Assembly: GCF_018350175.1 (NCBI RefSeq)
Contig: NC_058368.1
Span: 236,098,001 to 236,162,000 of the forward strand
Source of the DNA: Felis catus
Taxonomy: Eukaryota
Length of the DNA: 64,000 nucleotides
Direction: 5' to 3'
Part shown: in pieces, positions 1 to 11,744 of the stretch
Numbering within the stretch: position 1 is the first letter of the stretch
Layout of the letters: each line of letters opens with the position of its first letter
Translations under genes and position numbers: made by a program
Notes under the pieces: model-generated
Seen by the model: only the letters and a program-made list of their open reading frames with translations
The model's database searches: none
Told to the model about the DNA's origin: nothing

Positions 1-338
1 ACCCTTGGACAACGTGGGTTTGAACAGTGTGGGTGTGTGGGTCCACTTACATGCAGACTTTTTTTCTGTAAATAACAAGGCAACACTGTAAATGTATTTT
101 TTTCTTCTTTATGGCTTTAATAACATTTTGTTTTCTCTAACTTACTTTATCGTAAGAATACATGTAACATGCAGAATATGTGTTATTCAACCGTTTGCAT
201 TATTGATAAGGCTTCCAGTCAATAGTTAATAGTTAGGCTATTAACAGGTAAGTTTGGGGGAAGTCAAAACTTATACACGGATTTTCAAGGGTTCGGGGGG
301 TGGGTGTCCCAAACCTTTCTGTTGTTCAAGGGTCAACT
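1..338. mobile_element. Tigger2/MER28-like (TcMar-Tigger) non-autonomous DNA transposon; left TIR cut by the window edge
   Basis: Starts acccttggacaac and ends gttgttcaagggtcaact, matching the Tigger2-type terminal inverted repeat CAGTTGACCCTTGAACAAC; internal gggtccacttac...gactttt is typical of the family. Confidence 0.8.
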
Positions 339-1070
339 ATAACACCAGTTTTAAATAATCTTTTCCAGAAAATATAAGATGAAAGAAACTTCCCAATTTA
401 TTTATCAGTCCAGTGTTACAGTGATCTCAAAACTAGACAAAGATACATCAAGAAAAGAAAAATACAGGTTAATAAACACGACCACAAAATTATTTAATAA
501 AATATAAGCCAATCACATCCTAAGTAATAAATCGCGATCACCTGGAGTTGGCCCCAGTGACGCAAGGCTGGTTCAACCTTTGTAAATTGAACAATGTCAT
601 TTACTCTATCAGAATGTGCAGGGAAGAAAGCAACGTGGCCATCTCCCATAGATGCAGAAAAAGCATTAAGGAATTCTAACAGCCATTCCTGGTAACACCT
701 TTCTTAATCTGCGAAGTGCCACCTGCAAAGAACCACAGTGAATATCCTGCTTAATGTTGAAAGACGTTCCCCTAAGGCGGAGAATAAGCAAGGACGTTCT
801 CCGTCACCATTCCTATCTAAGATCTGTATTCGTTCTCTACTGCTGTCACAACAAATCACAAAAAACCTAGTAGCTAACGCAACCTATATTTATTAATTTA
901 CAGATCTGCGAGTCAGAAATATGGCACAGATCCACTAAGCTAAATTCCAGGTGTCGGTGGGGCTTTGCTCCTTCCCAGAAGCCATAAGAGAGGATCCATT
1001 TCCTGCTTATTTAAGGTGTTGGCAGAATTCAGTTTCTTGGGATCCTAGGTCTGAGGTCAAGGCCAACACT

Positions 1071-1325
1071 ATTTTATTTTTATTTTTTTAATTTTTAAAA
1101 ATGTTTTTAATTATTTTTGAGAGAGGGAGGGAGAGAGAGTGAGAGAGAGAGAGAGAGAGCACGAACAAGGGAGGGGCAGAGAGAGAGGGAGAGACAGAAT
1201 CTGAAGCAGGCTCCAGGCTCTGAGCCTGAGCACAGAGCCTGACGTGGGGCTCAAACTCACAGACCATGAGATCACGACCTGAGCCGAAGTCAGTCGCTCA
1301 ACTGACTGAGCCATCCAGGCACCCC
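1071..1325 (-). mobile_element. CanSINE (SINEC), inserted in the tail region of the adjacent SINE
   Basis: T-rich tail, (GA)n tract, and reverse-complement tRNA-Lys-like head ending gagccatccaggcacccc. Confidence 0.92.
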
Positions 1326-1527
1326 TTAAATACTTTTGAGAGACAGAGCAAGCGAGTGAGCACAAGCAGGGGACGGGCAGGGAGAGAGGGAGACACAGAA
1401 TCTGAAGCAGGTTCCAGGCTCCGAGCTGTCACCACAGAGACCAAAGCAGGGTTGGAACCCAAGAACCTCGAGGTCATGACCTGCGTTGAGGTCAGACACC
1501 TAACCGACTGAGCCAACCAGGTGCCCC
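1326..1527 (-). mobile_element. CanSINE (older copy)
   Basis: SINEC body ending ccaggtgcccc; TSD aaggccaacact (1059-1070) / aaggtcaacact (1528-1539) brackets both SINEs. Confidence 0.9.
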
Positions 1528-2184
1528 AAGGTCAACACTCTTAATCACATTTGCAGAGTCCTTTTTTTCTACTTAATGTAACTCATTCACAAATTCTGGA
1601 GTTTCCGGTGTGGACATCTCTTCTTTCTTTTTGGTGGGAGGTGGGCACTATTCTGCCTATCACAGTATCACCGTGGAAGAACTGTTCAGTACAATATGAC
1701 AAGAAAAGGAAGGGGAGACATTACAGGAGATTGAAGGAAATAACTAAAATGATCTTTATTCATAGACTATAGGATTGCTTATGTCAAGAACTCCACAGCA
1801 CTTAAAAAACACTACGGGGTATAATGCATTAGTTCATTGATGTTGTTATACAGAGAGTCGATCTACAAAATCAATAGTATTTTTAGATGATAGAAATGAA
1901 CAATTAGATATCAAAAATTTTAAAATACAATTTGTGATAAGACCAAAACCTCTTGAAATAGTTAGGGGTAGATCTACCCAAAGTTTGTTCAAGATTTGTA
2001 CAGTAAAAATTATAAACTTTGAAAAAAGAAATCAAAGAGAGACTAAATTTAAAAAAAGGTAGTGTGCATAAATTTGAAGACTGATTTCAGTTTACCCTAA
2101 TGGATTTATACATTCAAAGCATCCTAACCGAAATCTCTGTAGGTAATTGGTTGAATCAACAGCTGATTTAAAATGTATAGGGGA

Positions 2185-2408
2185 GGGGCGCCTGGGTGGC
2201 GCAGTCGGTTAAGCATCCGACTTCAGCCAGGTCACGATCTCGCGGTCCGTGAGTTCGAGCCCCGCGTCAGGCTCTGGGCTGATGGCTCGGAGCCTGGAGC
2301 CTGTTTCCGATTCTGTGTCTCCCTCTCTCTCTGCCCCTCCCCCATTCATGCTCTGTCTCTCTCTGTCCCAAAAATAAATAAACGTTGAAAAAAAAATTAA
2401 AAAAAAAT
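2185..2408 (+). mobile_element. Young felid CanSINE (SINEC_Fc-type)
   Basis: ggggcgcctgggtggcgcagtcggttaag...cagccaggtcacgatctcgcgg..., CT tract, poly(A); perfect 15-bp TSD aaaatgtatagggga. Confidence 0.97.
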
Positions 2409-2721
2409 AAAATGTATAGGGGAACACAATATATCTACTACTGGAGTCTCCAAAACTATAAAATACAACAATGAAACAGAAGAAAAGTTTGCTTAGAAGC
2501 AAAACGAGACTTTTCAGGTGCTGCAAAAGCCAAAGGCTTCCTCCTTTTCTGCCACCGAGAGAGACAGCTTCCTGCATGTATGTGTATTTTAAGGTTTCTT
2601 TTCTTTTCTTTGCTTTGCTTTGCTTTGCTTTTCTTTGCTTTCCTTTTTTTTTTCCTGAAACATAGGGCAATCTGATTTTAAAGTCCACATGTTTGGTCCA
2701 GGAAAAATTCACCAAAAGAAT

Positions 2722-2930
2722 GGGGTGTCTGGGTGGCTCAGTGAATCAAGCATCTGACTCTTGATTCCGGCTCAGGTCATGATCTTGCAGTTCATGAGTT
2801 GGATCCCCGCATCAGGCTCTGCACTGACAGGGCTAGGCCTTCTTGGGATTTTGTCTTCCCATCTCTCTCTGCCCCTCCCCTTCTCACTCTCTCTTTGTCT
2901 TTCAAAATAAATAAATACACTTAAAAAAAA
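2722..2930 (+). mobile_element. CanSINE (older subfamily)
   Basis: ggggtgtctgggtggctcag...ctcttgattccggctcaggtcatgatc, A tail, flanking aaaagaat repeat. Confidence 0.92.
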
Positions 2931-3409
2931 AAAGAATGAGATCTATTCTATCAAAATTATTGTCTCTAGCACACAAAAACTAAGGCACTTTTCCCTCCTA
3001 AGCTGTACAGAAGGAAACTACCAGAGGAACTTCCACCAGTCCGGCAGAGGACCATGGGAACTAAACCCAGAAGGTTAGGTGGAAGCCTGGAATGCATGGA
3101 ATATGGCCAATAACTGAGAAAATGAAATGTGTGGTATGTTTCCACCATGTCGGGTGAGCAGCTAATAGAGACTGCACAGAAGAGAAAAAACAAAAGATGA
3201 TGTTATACTGGGCACCTTTTTAAGTGAAACATTAAGAAAAATACAAAGATATTTAATAGAATAGTAACAGTACCAAGAAAGGTAACATAATTGACCAACA
3301 TTGAGCCAACAGTGGGTAGGGAAGAGAGTGGAAGGATGCTGTCTTTATCCCTGCTTGTCGGAGGGGACCAGTGGTTACTGTCTAAGTAATTAAAGGATGG
3401 AGGTAACTA

Positions 3410-3664
3410 GAGGCGCCTGGGGGGCTCAGTCGGTTAAGCGTCTGACTTCGGCTCAGGTCGCAATCTCACAGTTTTGTGAGTTCAAGCCCCGCGCCGGGCT
3501 CTGTGCTGACAGCTCAGAGCCCGGAGCCTGCTTTGGATTCTGTGTCTCCTTCTCTCTCTGCTACTCCCCTGTTTGTGCCCTCTCTCTGTCTCTCTGTCTC
3601 TCTCTGTCTCTCTCTCTCTGTCTCTCAAAAATAAATAAATAACAAGTAAAAAAAAAATAAAAAA
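3410..3664 (+). mobile_element. CanSINE
   Basis: Head ggcgcctggggggctcagtcggttaagcg, (CT/GT) tract, A-rich tail. Confidence 0.93.
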
Positions 3665-3948
3665 GATGTACTCTACCAAGTTATAATTTTAAAAAGGTAA
3701 CCACCAGCCTTTCTAAATATTAGAAAATCTATTTTAAAAAACCCCGCAAGTTAAACACAAACTAAAGACGTTAAAAATGCTGTGCATGTAGAAAATAGAA
3801 AATACACAGAATAATATGACAAAGCTAAAATCAAACGTACTTCTTATTTCAATAAATGTCAAAAAAAGTTTCAAATTCAGTGGATGTACAAAGCAAACCC
3901 CAAATTTATGCTGTTTAATGGAACATATTTAAAGCAGTATGATTCCAG

Positions 3949-4204
3949 TGGCACCTGGGTGGCTCAGTCGGTTAAGCGTCCGATTTCGGCTCCAGTTGTG
4001 ATCTCATGGTTTGTGAGTTCGAGCCCCACATCGGGCTCTGTGCTGACAGCTCGGAGCCTGGAACCTGCTTCAGAGTCTGTGTCTGTGTCTGCCTCTCTCT
4101 TTCTTTGCCCCTACCCTGCTCATGCTCTGTCTCTCTCTCTGTCAAAAACAAACATTAAAGAAGAAGAAGAAGAAGAAGAAGAAGAAGAAGAAGAAGAAGA
4201 AGAA
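3949..4204 (+). mobile_element. CanSINE with (GAA)15 tail
   Basis: SINEC head ggcacctgggtggctcagtcggttaagcg; tail replaced by (GAA)15 at 4160-4204. Confidence 0.93.
4160..4204 (+). repeat. (GAA)15 microsatellite
   Basis: Counted directly; corresponds to the poly-E in ORF 3884..4240. Confidence 0.97.
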
Positions 4205-6666
4205 AAACCACAATGTGATTCTAGAATAAAAATTACATAAATAAATAAATAAATAAATAAACCAAAGCCCAGATTTTAAAACCCAAGGATGGGCAAAGTC
4301 ATGCAAGAAAGAGGTGGGCAAAAAGCGGGGGCCATGATCTTAATATCAGAAACCAAGCAGTTTAGGGGAGACCTTGGAAAAAGATTAAAGAAAAGAAAAG
4401 AAAAAGACAAAAGAAAGAAACTCTGGTACAAAGGCTGGCTGTTGACAAATGGGGCTCAGCAGGCATGTGCACGTGCCCATGTGCGCGTGCGCACGGGAAG
4501 CAGCGTGGTCCCTCCTTCAATGGGGCAGAAACGACAAGTGCAGGAAGAAAGAGAAGAAACATTAGTGTGGGCGTTTCAGGTTATTTTTTTCGTCCACATC
4601 AGACCAAGTTTAAAGCAGGAGTGTATAAAAATCCGATAACATAATTAACAAGGGAGATCTGCCTTTGCAATAAGAACAAACCCTGTGCCCCTAGAAACAG
4701 AGAATGTATCTTCTTTATACGTGACCGTTGGACGTTCACTGAAATGACACGGATACCAGGGCACAAAGAAAACAGAGCGGCCAGCAGAACTTGGAATTCC
4801 TGTTTTTCACCACTGAGTATAATCGTGGCTTTTAGACAACGATAGAAACGTTATATCAATTAGGAAGTGGACATCTGTTCCTGATTTATTAATTTTGTTT
4901 TCAAATTATGAATGGTCGTTGGAGGCTTCCAAATACCTGTCAGCATCTATGGAGATGGGCCTACTTTTTTTCCTTAGATCTTTTAATACCATGGATTGAG
5001 TCAACCGATTCCCTAAAATTCAACCGTCCGTGTATCTGGAATCAGGTTCACCTAATTATTAAATGATTACGTGCATAAAGCGACTTCCAATTGCATTTGT
5101 CCACTGTTCACTCAGGCGTTTGCACCAGTATTCATTAGTGAGATTGCTGAACATTTGTGTGGGAAATCATTTCTTTAACTATCGGTACGTCTGCGATCAC
5201 CAGTATCATTTAAAAATGTGCGAATACACTAGAAAAACAAGGAGAGGTGGATTAATTGGAAACGATGAGTGAACTCTTTCACTTCATGTTGATATATTAC
5301 CTGAAAAAAAAAAAAAATTGCAGAATCAGCCGAAGCAGTACCAAAATTCAAAAATTGTGCGATGCAGAAACGTAAGTACAATCGGTAAGTCATATCTTTG
5401 AAGGAAAAGTCCTCCTTTAAAACAAAAAAACTCCACACATAAAATAAGGAAGAAAACAGTTAAGAGGAAGGAAACAGTGTCTACTTGGAGCAAACTTTGT
5501 GCTACTATCAAAGAATGGAGAAAGAAGTGATCGGAGGAAAAAGACATACCAGGTTCCTGAACGAGTGTAGTCAAAATTAAAGATATGTCCAATGCATACA
5601 ATTTAATTTACAGATTTCACATAATGCCAACACAAATATGCCAACAGATATTTGAAGAGAAAGAAGGCCAGATGATTCCAAAGCTCACGTGGAAAGGTAA
5701 GATTCGGAAATAAATGTGGGAGAAAAAAAAATGGTCGCTGACTAGCCCTACCAGATCTTAAAACGCACGATAAAATCCCCATTAAGAAAATAGCGTGGTA
5801 CTGGCACATCACAAGAGGGACCAAAGAAAATAAACTGCAATGCACTGGGACTTTGGAATATTATTTTTGTGGCAATTAAAATATGAGGGATAAAGACTGA
5901 GAAAGACGGGCTTTTCCATAAGAGGTGCTGGGACAGCTAGGTTGACTTAGGAAAATATTACTGTTGGACCTATTCTGTACACCACACCCCACAATGCACT
6001 CCGGTGGTTCGGAGATTTATTTATAAGATAAACGAGTCAAGGGCCTGCGAAATGGCCAAATTCTTTAATAATCTTAGAGAGAGGGAGGTTCGGATAAATG
6101 TCAAGAAGCCATAAAAGAAGAGATTGTTAAGTGGACTGTGAAAGCCAAAATTTTATGTGTAAACCAAAAAAAGAAAGAAGGAAGGAAAACAAAAGCTGAG
6201 GGAAATGTAAAACTAGAAAGAGTTTTCTGTGGTGCATATGGCAAGCCAAATACCGCTCTCCCTGACACAGATGTCCTCCGGTTGATGGGGAAAACACCAA
6301 CAACCTGACAGAAAAATAGACAAAATACATAACCAGAGATTTCGGGAAAGAAAATGGAGATATAAGGAAAGATATCTAACTTCACTCAGCTAAGGGAAAT
6401 ACACATTAAAATGCTACTGAGGTCTACCACATTGCAAACACCTGAAAGTTTGATAATACGCTTTTTTGTTGAAGCAGTGAGAAAGAAAGCTTTCTTGTCC
6501 GTGGCTATTAAGAAGATAAATTAGTACAACATTTCTAGGGGATACTTTGGCATTATCTATCAAAATTACAAATGCCTCTATAGTGTGACCCAGGAGCACC
6601 ACCTTTGGGAATTTATCCTTGCACAACAGAAAAACCATGTTCGAATGTACGTATTTATCACAGCAT

Positions 6667-6892
6667 TATTTCTTTTTTGTTTTTTTTTTTTTAACGTTTC
6701 TGTATTTCTGAGAGGGAGAGGGAAACAGAGCTCGAGGCAGGAGGGGCAGAGAGAGAGGGAGACACAGAATCGGAAGCAGGCTCCAGGCTCCGAGCCGTCA
6801 GCACAGAGCCCCGACGCGGGGTTCGAACTCATGAACCGCGAGATCATGACCTGAGCTGAAGTCAGATGCTTAACTGAGCCACCCAGGTGCCC
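6667..6892 (-). mobile_element. CanSINE
   Basis: Perfect TSD tatcacagcat (6656-6666 / 6893-6903). Confidence 0.95.
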
Positions 6893-7730
6893 TATCACAG
6901 CATGACTTCTAACAACCAAACTGAACCAATATAAATATTCATCAATCAGGTACAGATTAATTGAATCACTAACTAAATATAACAATACATACATAAGACA
7001 GAATGCTACCTGGTGGCATTACTACAATGCATGTAGTATGTAATGTATGTAGTATGTGATATGTAATACTACGTGGTAAAATAAACAGAAAGAACATAAG
7101 TAAATTTAAATACATTATAGATTGAAGGGCGTACTTTTGTTCAAATGTCTATATTACTCAAAGCAATCTAGAGATTCAACACCATTGCTGTCAAAATTCC
7201 ACTGCCTTTTTTAAAAAGCAATAGAAAGAAACATCTTGAAATCCATATGCAATCTCAAGGGACACAGAATAGCCAAAACAATCTTTCAAAGGAAGAACAA
7301 ATCAGCAGTCCTCACACTTCCTGTTTTCAAAACACGTTACAAACCTCCAGTAATCAAAACAGGGCGATGCGGGGATACAGATCAACATGGAAGCCAATAG
7401 AACAGAAGAGAACAGAACAAAAATAGTGGTAAGTGGTTAAATAATCTTCAACAAGGGTGTCAAGACCATGCGGCGGGAAACATTGCAACATTATTGCATT
7501 AATGTTGTAGAAATTGCATAACTCCGTGCAAAAGAATGACGTGGTATCCTCACCTAACATTGTACCCAAAGATTAACCAAAAGTAGGTGAAAGATTTAAA
7601 CACAAGACCCCAAAGCATAAAACTCCTAGAAGAAAAGAAGGGACAGCTTCATGACATTGGATTACAAGGTGATTTCTTGGATATGACACCAAAGCATAGG
7701 TATCAAATAGGCGTGTGGAACTATAAACTT

Positions 7731-7947
7731 AAAAAAAAAAAGTTTATTTCTTTATTTTGAGAGCGAGAGAGAGTGAGAATGAGCAAGCAGAGGAGGGGCA
7801 GATAGAGAGGGAGACAGAGAATCCCAATCAGACTCCACACTGTCAATGCAGAGCCCGACGTGGGGCTCAAACTCAATAAACATGTGATAATGACCTGAGC
7901 TGAAACCAAGAGTCAGACCCTTAAACGACTGAGCCACCCAGACTCCC
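7731..7947 (-). mobile_element. CanSINE
   Basis: TSD tggaactataaactt / tggaactacagactt. Confidence 0.93.
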
Positions 7948-8412
7948 TGGAACTACAGACTTTAAAAAAACTTTTGCACATTAAAGTAAATAGTCAACAG
8001 AGTGAAAAAGCTATTGAATGGGAAGAAATTTTGCAAATGATATACTTGATAAGGAATTAACATTCAGAATATATGAAGAACTCCTACAGCTCAACAGCCA
8101 CAAAAAACAAATGATGTGATTAAAAAACGAGCAAAGAACTTTAGTGGATATTTCTCCAAATACATACAAATGACCAACAAGTATGTGAAAAGAGGCTCAA
8201 CATCCTTAATCATTACACAAATACTAATCAAACCATAATGAGGTTATCATTTAACACCCATAAAGATGGCTACTATCCACTGCCCCAAAATAAACCCCAG
8301 AAAATAGTCAGTAAATGCGTAGTCATGGAGGGATTGGAATCCTTGTACACTGTTGGTGAACATGTAAAATGTCACAGCCACTATGGAAAACAGAATGGAG
8401 TCTCCTCAAAAA

Positions 8413-8458
<46 letters not shown>

Positions 8459-8476
8459 ATATGCGTGCGTATGTGT

Positions 8477-8507
<31 letters not shown>
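8413..8507. repeat. Compound microsatellite (TA)n(TG)n...(AG)n(AGAGAC)n
   Basis: Read directly. Confidence 0.95.
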
Positions 8508-9673
8508 AACAATTACCATGTGATCCAGAAATCACACTTCTGGTTGTATATCCAAAAGAATTAGAAACTGGGACTCAAAGAGTCATTTGCATATCCATAA
8601 GTCAAATCCATAAGTCAAATCCATACTCTATGATTTGACTTAAAGGTGGTATCTAAAATAGTTGAAGCCCTAGAAACACAAGTAGACCGCTGGTTGCCAG
8701 AAGCTGGAGGTGGTGGGGTGGGGGGCAGGGGCAAATGGAGAGCTGCTTGATGGGGATAGAGTTCCGGTTTGCAAGACAGAAAATTCTAGAGATCTGTTGC
8801 AGTACAAAGCCTACTGAACAGGACACGAGTAAATGGTTAAGGTAGTTTTAAAAAAAGAAAGCATTTATATACTCACATAGACAGTATCTGAACATTTATG
8901 AAGCGAAACCAAGAAGATGGCCAATAGCGTGCATTGTATTCTACCTTTTAAATAAAAATGTGAACATTAACAGCATAGTTTGCCTTGGCTAGAGTATGCA
9001 GAGAGATCTTGAAAGTTTACTCAAGAAACAAAACTGTTGACCTGTTAGTTCCGCGGGGCGTATGGCTGAGAACTGAGCAAACGAAAGATGATGTAGGAGC
9101 GAGGCGTTCACACCGTCTGGCTCTTCATTTTGATTCGTTTGTAAGTGGCAAGAATGTAATTCACTTTTACAATTGAATTAAAACATGAGAATTCTTATAC
9201 ATACATTTTTTAATTCATGGAATCCTTAGCTTGGAAGTCCTAGGTAAACGAAACCATGACTTAGACAGAGAATAAATGTCCAGGAAATGTAGGATATTTG
9301 TGTTTGAAATCTCAGATGGAGTTTAGTCACCAATTTTGGCGTATTCCAGAAAACCGGCCAGAGGAGGGCGTGACTGGCTGGGCAGTGGGCAATGACCACT
9401 GGTGGTGATGAATACTTGTACTGGAAGCCTAGGTTGTTGGCTCAGTCGTCTACGGGGATGCTCACATCTTCAGGGGGGCTGGTGGAGGTAAGGAAAGCAA
9501 ACCTTCGGCGAAGAGGGGTGTCCAGGAGGTGAGTACGTGTCACAGTAAGGGCACAGCATGGCAAACCTGAGACATTCCTCACAGGGGAGCAGGGCGTTTT
9601 CCAAGGGACTGAAGAAAAATGGTCCAGAAGTGGTCCGCAGGCTACCACCAAGAACAAGAAGGCTCTCTCCCTC

Positions 9674-9775
9674 CAGTATCCCGTTTCCTCACCTGTAAAA
9701 TGGGGCCGTCGAGGGGGTAAAATGTGTCAACATGTGTAAGATGTTAAGAAGGGGGCTGGGCATGTAGTAGGTGAT
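9674..9775 (+). mobile_element. MIR fragment
   Basis: Core gtttcctcacctgtaaaatgggg and 3' ctgggcatgtagtaggtg. Confidence 0.7.
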
Positions 9776-10643
9776 GGAGCCTTCTGACGTCCACGTGATT
9801 TATTTAATGGAGAGGGGAGGAGACAGCACTCCCCAATGTTACAAACAAGTAATTTACGTATTAGGGGAGGATTTCTGCTGCTTCTCCAATGCAGGCGACG
9901 TCTGTGATAAAGCCTGTAAAATTATTTTGTACTATAGCAGACACTGAAAGATACATGATTTATTTTTCAGTGTTTCTCTACCTGCCGACATGCTGTATTT
10001 CCTCCGTAAGGGCCACACGTTCGGCTCTTTGGCCAGTATTCTGCGTGCAGTGCCTGAAACATCACCACAAAGTTACTTCCCAAAGACGTGCTCTAAGCAG
10101 GAACGGACACTTGTAATCAACGCACAATTTTTAAGCCATAGTAAATCATGAATTTTATTGAGGCTTATGCACTGAATTTATTCATTAGCGCTTGTATATT
10201 CACAGTTGTATTCTATCTAACCGGTTGTAGTTTTAGGGTAGACAGCGAAATACGGGGGTCAAGCATTATTAATTAAATTCAGTGCCGTTTGCAAGGTATT
10301 TATTTCCAAAGCGCTAGAGATCCCATCAGCAAACCATCCCTGTAGAACACCGTACAGGCAAGTTTGGAGGAAAGGCGATGTGCTACCCATTAATTTTAGA
10401 GCATGTGTCTTTGCGGAACCTGAACTCCTTTCGCAATCTTTTTCTTTTTTCTTTTTCTTTTGTTTTTAAGAGACAGAAAAATAGTTTTACCTTAGGCAAC
10501 ACGCGCAGTCACTGCGAGACGCTAGAAATAAAAAGCCTCTCTACATATTCATTTTTGAAAGTACAATGTCCGTGAGTCAATACGATAAGCAATTCCTCCA
10601 TTGCTTTGACTTCCTTTGGAAATAAGTAAAGCGGTCAATTTTT

Positions 10644-10862
10644 TTTTAAATTTTTTTTTCAACGTTTATTTATTTTTGGGACAGAGAGAGACAGAGCATG
10701 AACGGGGGAGGGGCAGAGAGACAGGGAGACACAGAATCGGAAACAGGCTCCAGGCTCCGAGCCATCAGCCCAGAGCCTGACGCGGGGCTCGAACTCCCGG
10801 ACCGCGAGATCGTGACCTGGCTGAAGTCGGACGCTTAACCGACTGCGCCACCCAGGCACCCC
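10644..10862 (-). mobile_element. Young felid CanSINE (SINEC_Fc-type)
   Basis: Diagnostic cctggctgaagtcggacgcttaaccgactgcgccacccagg; TSD aagcggtc(a/g)attttt. Confidence 0.96.
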
Positions 10863-11029
10863 AAGCGGTCGATTTTTAAGCGTCCCATGAAGTCCATCAC
10901 ATTCCATAGATTCAATCGTCTTTGCATCGGTGACTAAGGCACAGACTACCTTGGGGCAAAAGGTGACAAAGGAATGAATCCGGTGGCCAGTGTCTCAGAC
11001 CACATTCTCAGGCTACAGGTGTTAACGCT

Positions 11030-11060
11030 CGTCCTACGTAGGATTGTGGTATATAACGGA
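11030..11060 (+). promoter_or_regulatory. Putative core promoter of the upstream exon
   Basis: 12-bp palindrome tcctacgtagga (11032-11043); TATATAA (11050-11056) overlapping a MYB-type TAACGG (11054-11059); ~165 bp before ATG 11219. Motif evidence only. Confidence 0.3.
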
Positions 11061-11218
11061 ACATGAGCCCCGGCCACAGTTTTCAAAGGGTCGCAAGGAT
11101 AAACTCACCGAGATTTTTAAATCAAGCATCTAATTTCGACCTTCTCTTCGTGATGTTCAATACAGAGTTTGCATTTCTGCGCTGCTGATTTTGAGCAGCT
11201 TTCCAGGCAACGTGCTAA

Positions 11219-11610
11219 ATGACCATCTACGCATATGCTCCTGTCGCTGACGCAGAAGAGAAGAGGTGGCCCCTTGTGCTCCCTCCCCCAGCGGTCAGTG
11301 GCTTGGTGAGGGTTCCCGGGACCGCATCTGGCCAGCATGCACCCCAGGACTGCCCTGCTCGGTGGCTCCAGGGCGTGGCAGCAAGGACTCACCGTGGATT
11401 CACGGTTGTTTACACTGGCCTCCTCCAAGAAAGTCTGATCCTGGTAATGCCTTGCCTGGTGGCAAAGGTGTTCCCGCTGACATGAACGTGCGAGAAAAAG
11501 CCCTTGGCCGACACACGGAAATCCTACTAGTGAGGGCCACGGAGAAGGCCAGATGGAAAAGCAGGAGGCGGGTCCATCAGATAACGTAGCAAGAGGAGTT
11601 CAATTCGCAG
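11219..11610 (+). pseudogene. C10orf90: Disrupted first coding exon, probably of the long (upstream-promoter) isoform of C10orf90/FATS
   Basis: Non-repetitive ORF MTIYAYAPVADAEEKRWPLV...LQESLILVMPCLVAKVFPLT* from ATG 11219. A second open frame 11481-11610 (...GNPTSEGHGEGQMEKQEAGPSDNVARGVQFA) runs into a strong donor CAG|GTAAGA at 11610/11611. The gene name comes from my recollection of mammalian C10orf90 long-isoform N-termini, not from a search. Confidence 0.55.
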
Positions 11611-11744
11611 GTAAGACAGGTTCTAAGTAAAGAAAATACACCTTAGACTGCATCACACGTTCTAAGGTTCTCCTTAATTTTTGCCGTTCTGTTTTGGGCA
11701 GGCGGGTGGCAGATAGAAATAATTATGTAGATTAGAACCAAACA

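Larger units (their letters stand above)
825..1664 (-). mobile_element. MaLR solo LTR (MLT1C/D-like), containing two nested SINEs
   Basis: Begins tgtattcgttctctactgctgtcacaacaaatcac and ends ttaatcacatttgcagagtcc...attctgcctatcaca, the characteristic reverse-strand MLT1 ends. Confidence 0.8.
341..2170 (+). mobile_element. Ancient L1 ORF2 (RT region) fragments, interrupted by an MLT1 LTR and SINEs
   Basis: Degenerate L1 RT motifs: atctcccatagatgcagaaaaagcatt (IS.DAEKA) at ~641-667 and tctttattcatagactat (LFADD-like) at ~1753-1770; many stops and frameshifts. Confidence 0.75.
3800..6660 (+). mobile_element. Ancient L1 ORF2 relic (EN, RT and C-terminal parts) with an internal inverted segment
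   Basis: EN motifs (ICCLQETH-like ~3900-3930, KKAGAMILIS ~4320-4350, YTFFS...GHK-like ~4700-4770); RT half inverted at ~4795-5150; + strand resumes at ~5230. Confidence 0.75.
7085..8850 (+). mobile_element. L1MA/L1MB-type 3' ORF2 and 3'UTR fragment
   Basis: aagcaatctagagattcaac, aatagccaaaacaatc, aaaactcctagaagaaaa, aatatatgaagaactcctacagctcaac; 3'UTR ggttgccagaagctgg...aattctagagatctgttg. Confidence 0.85.
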
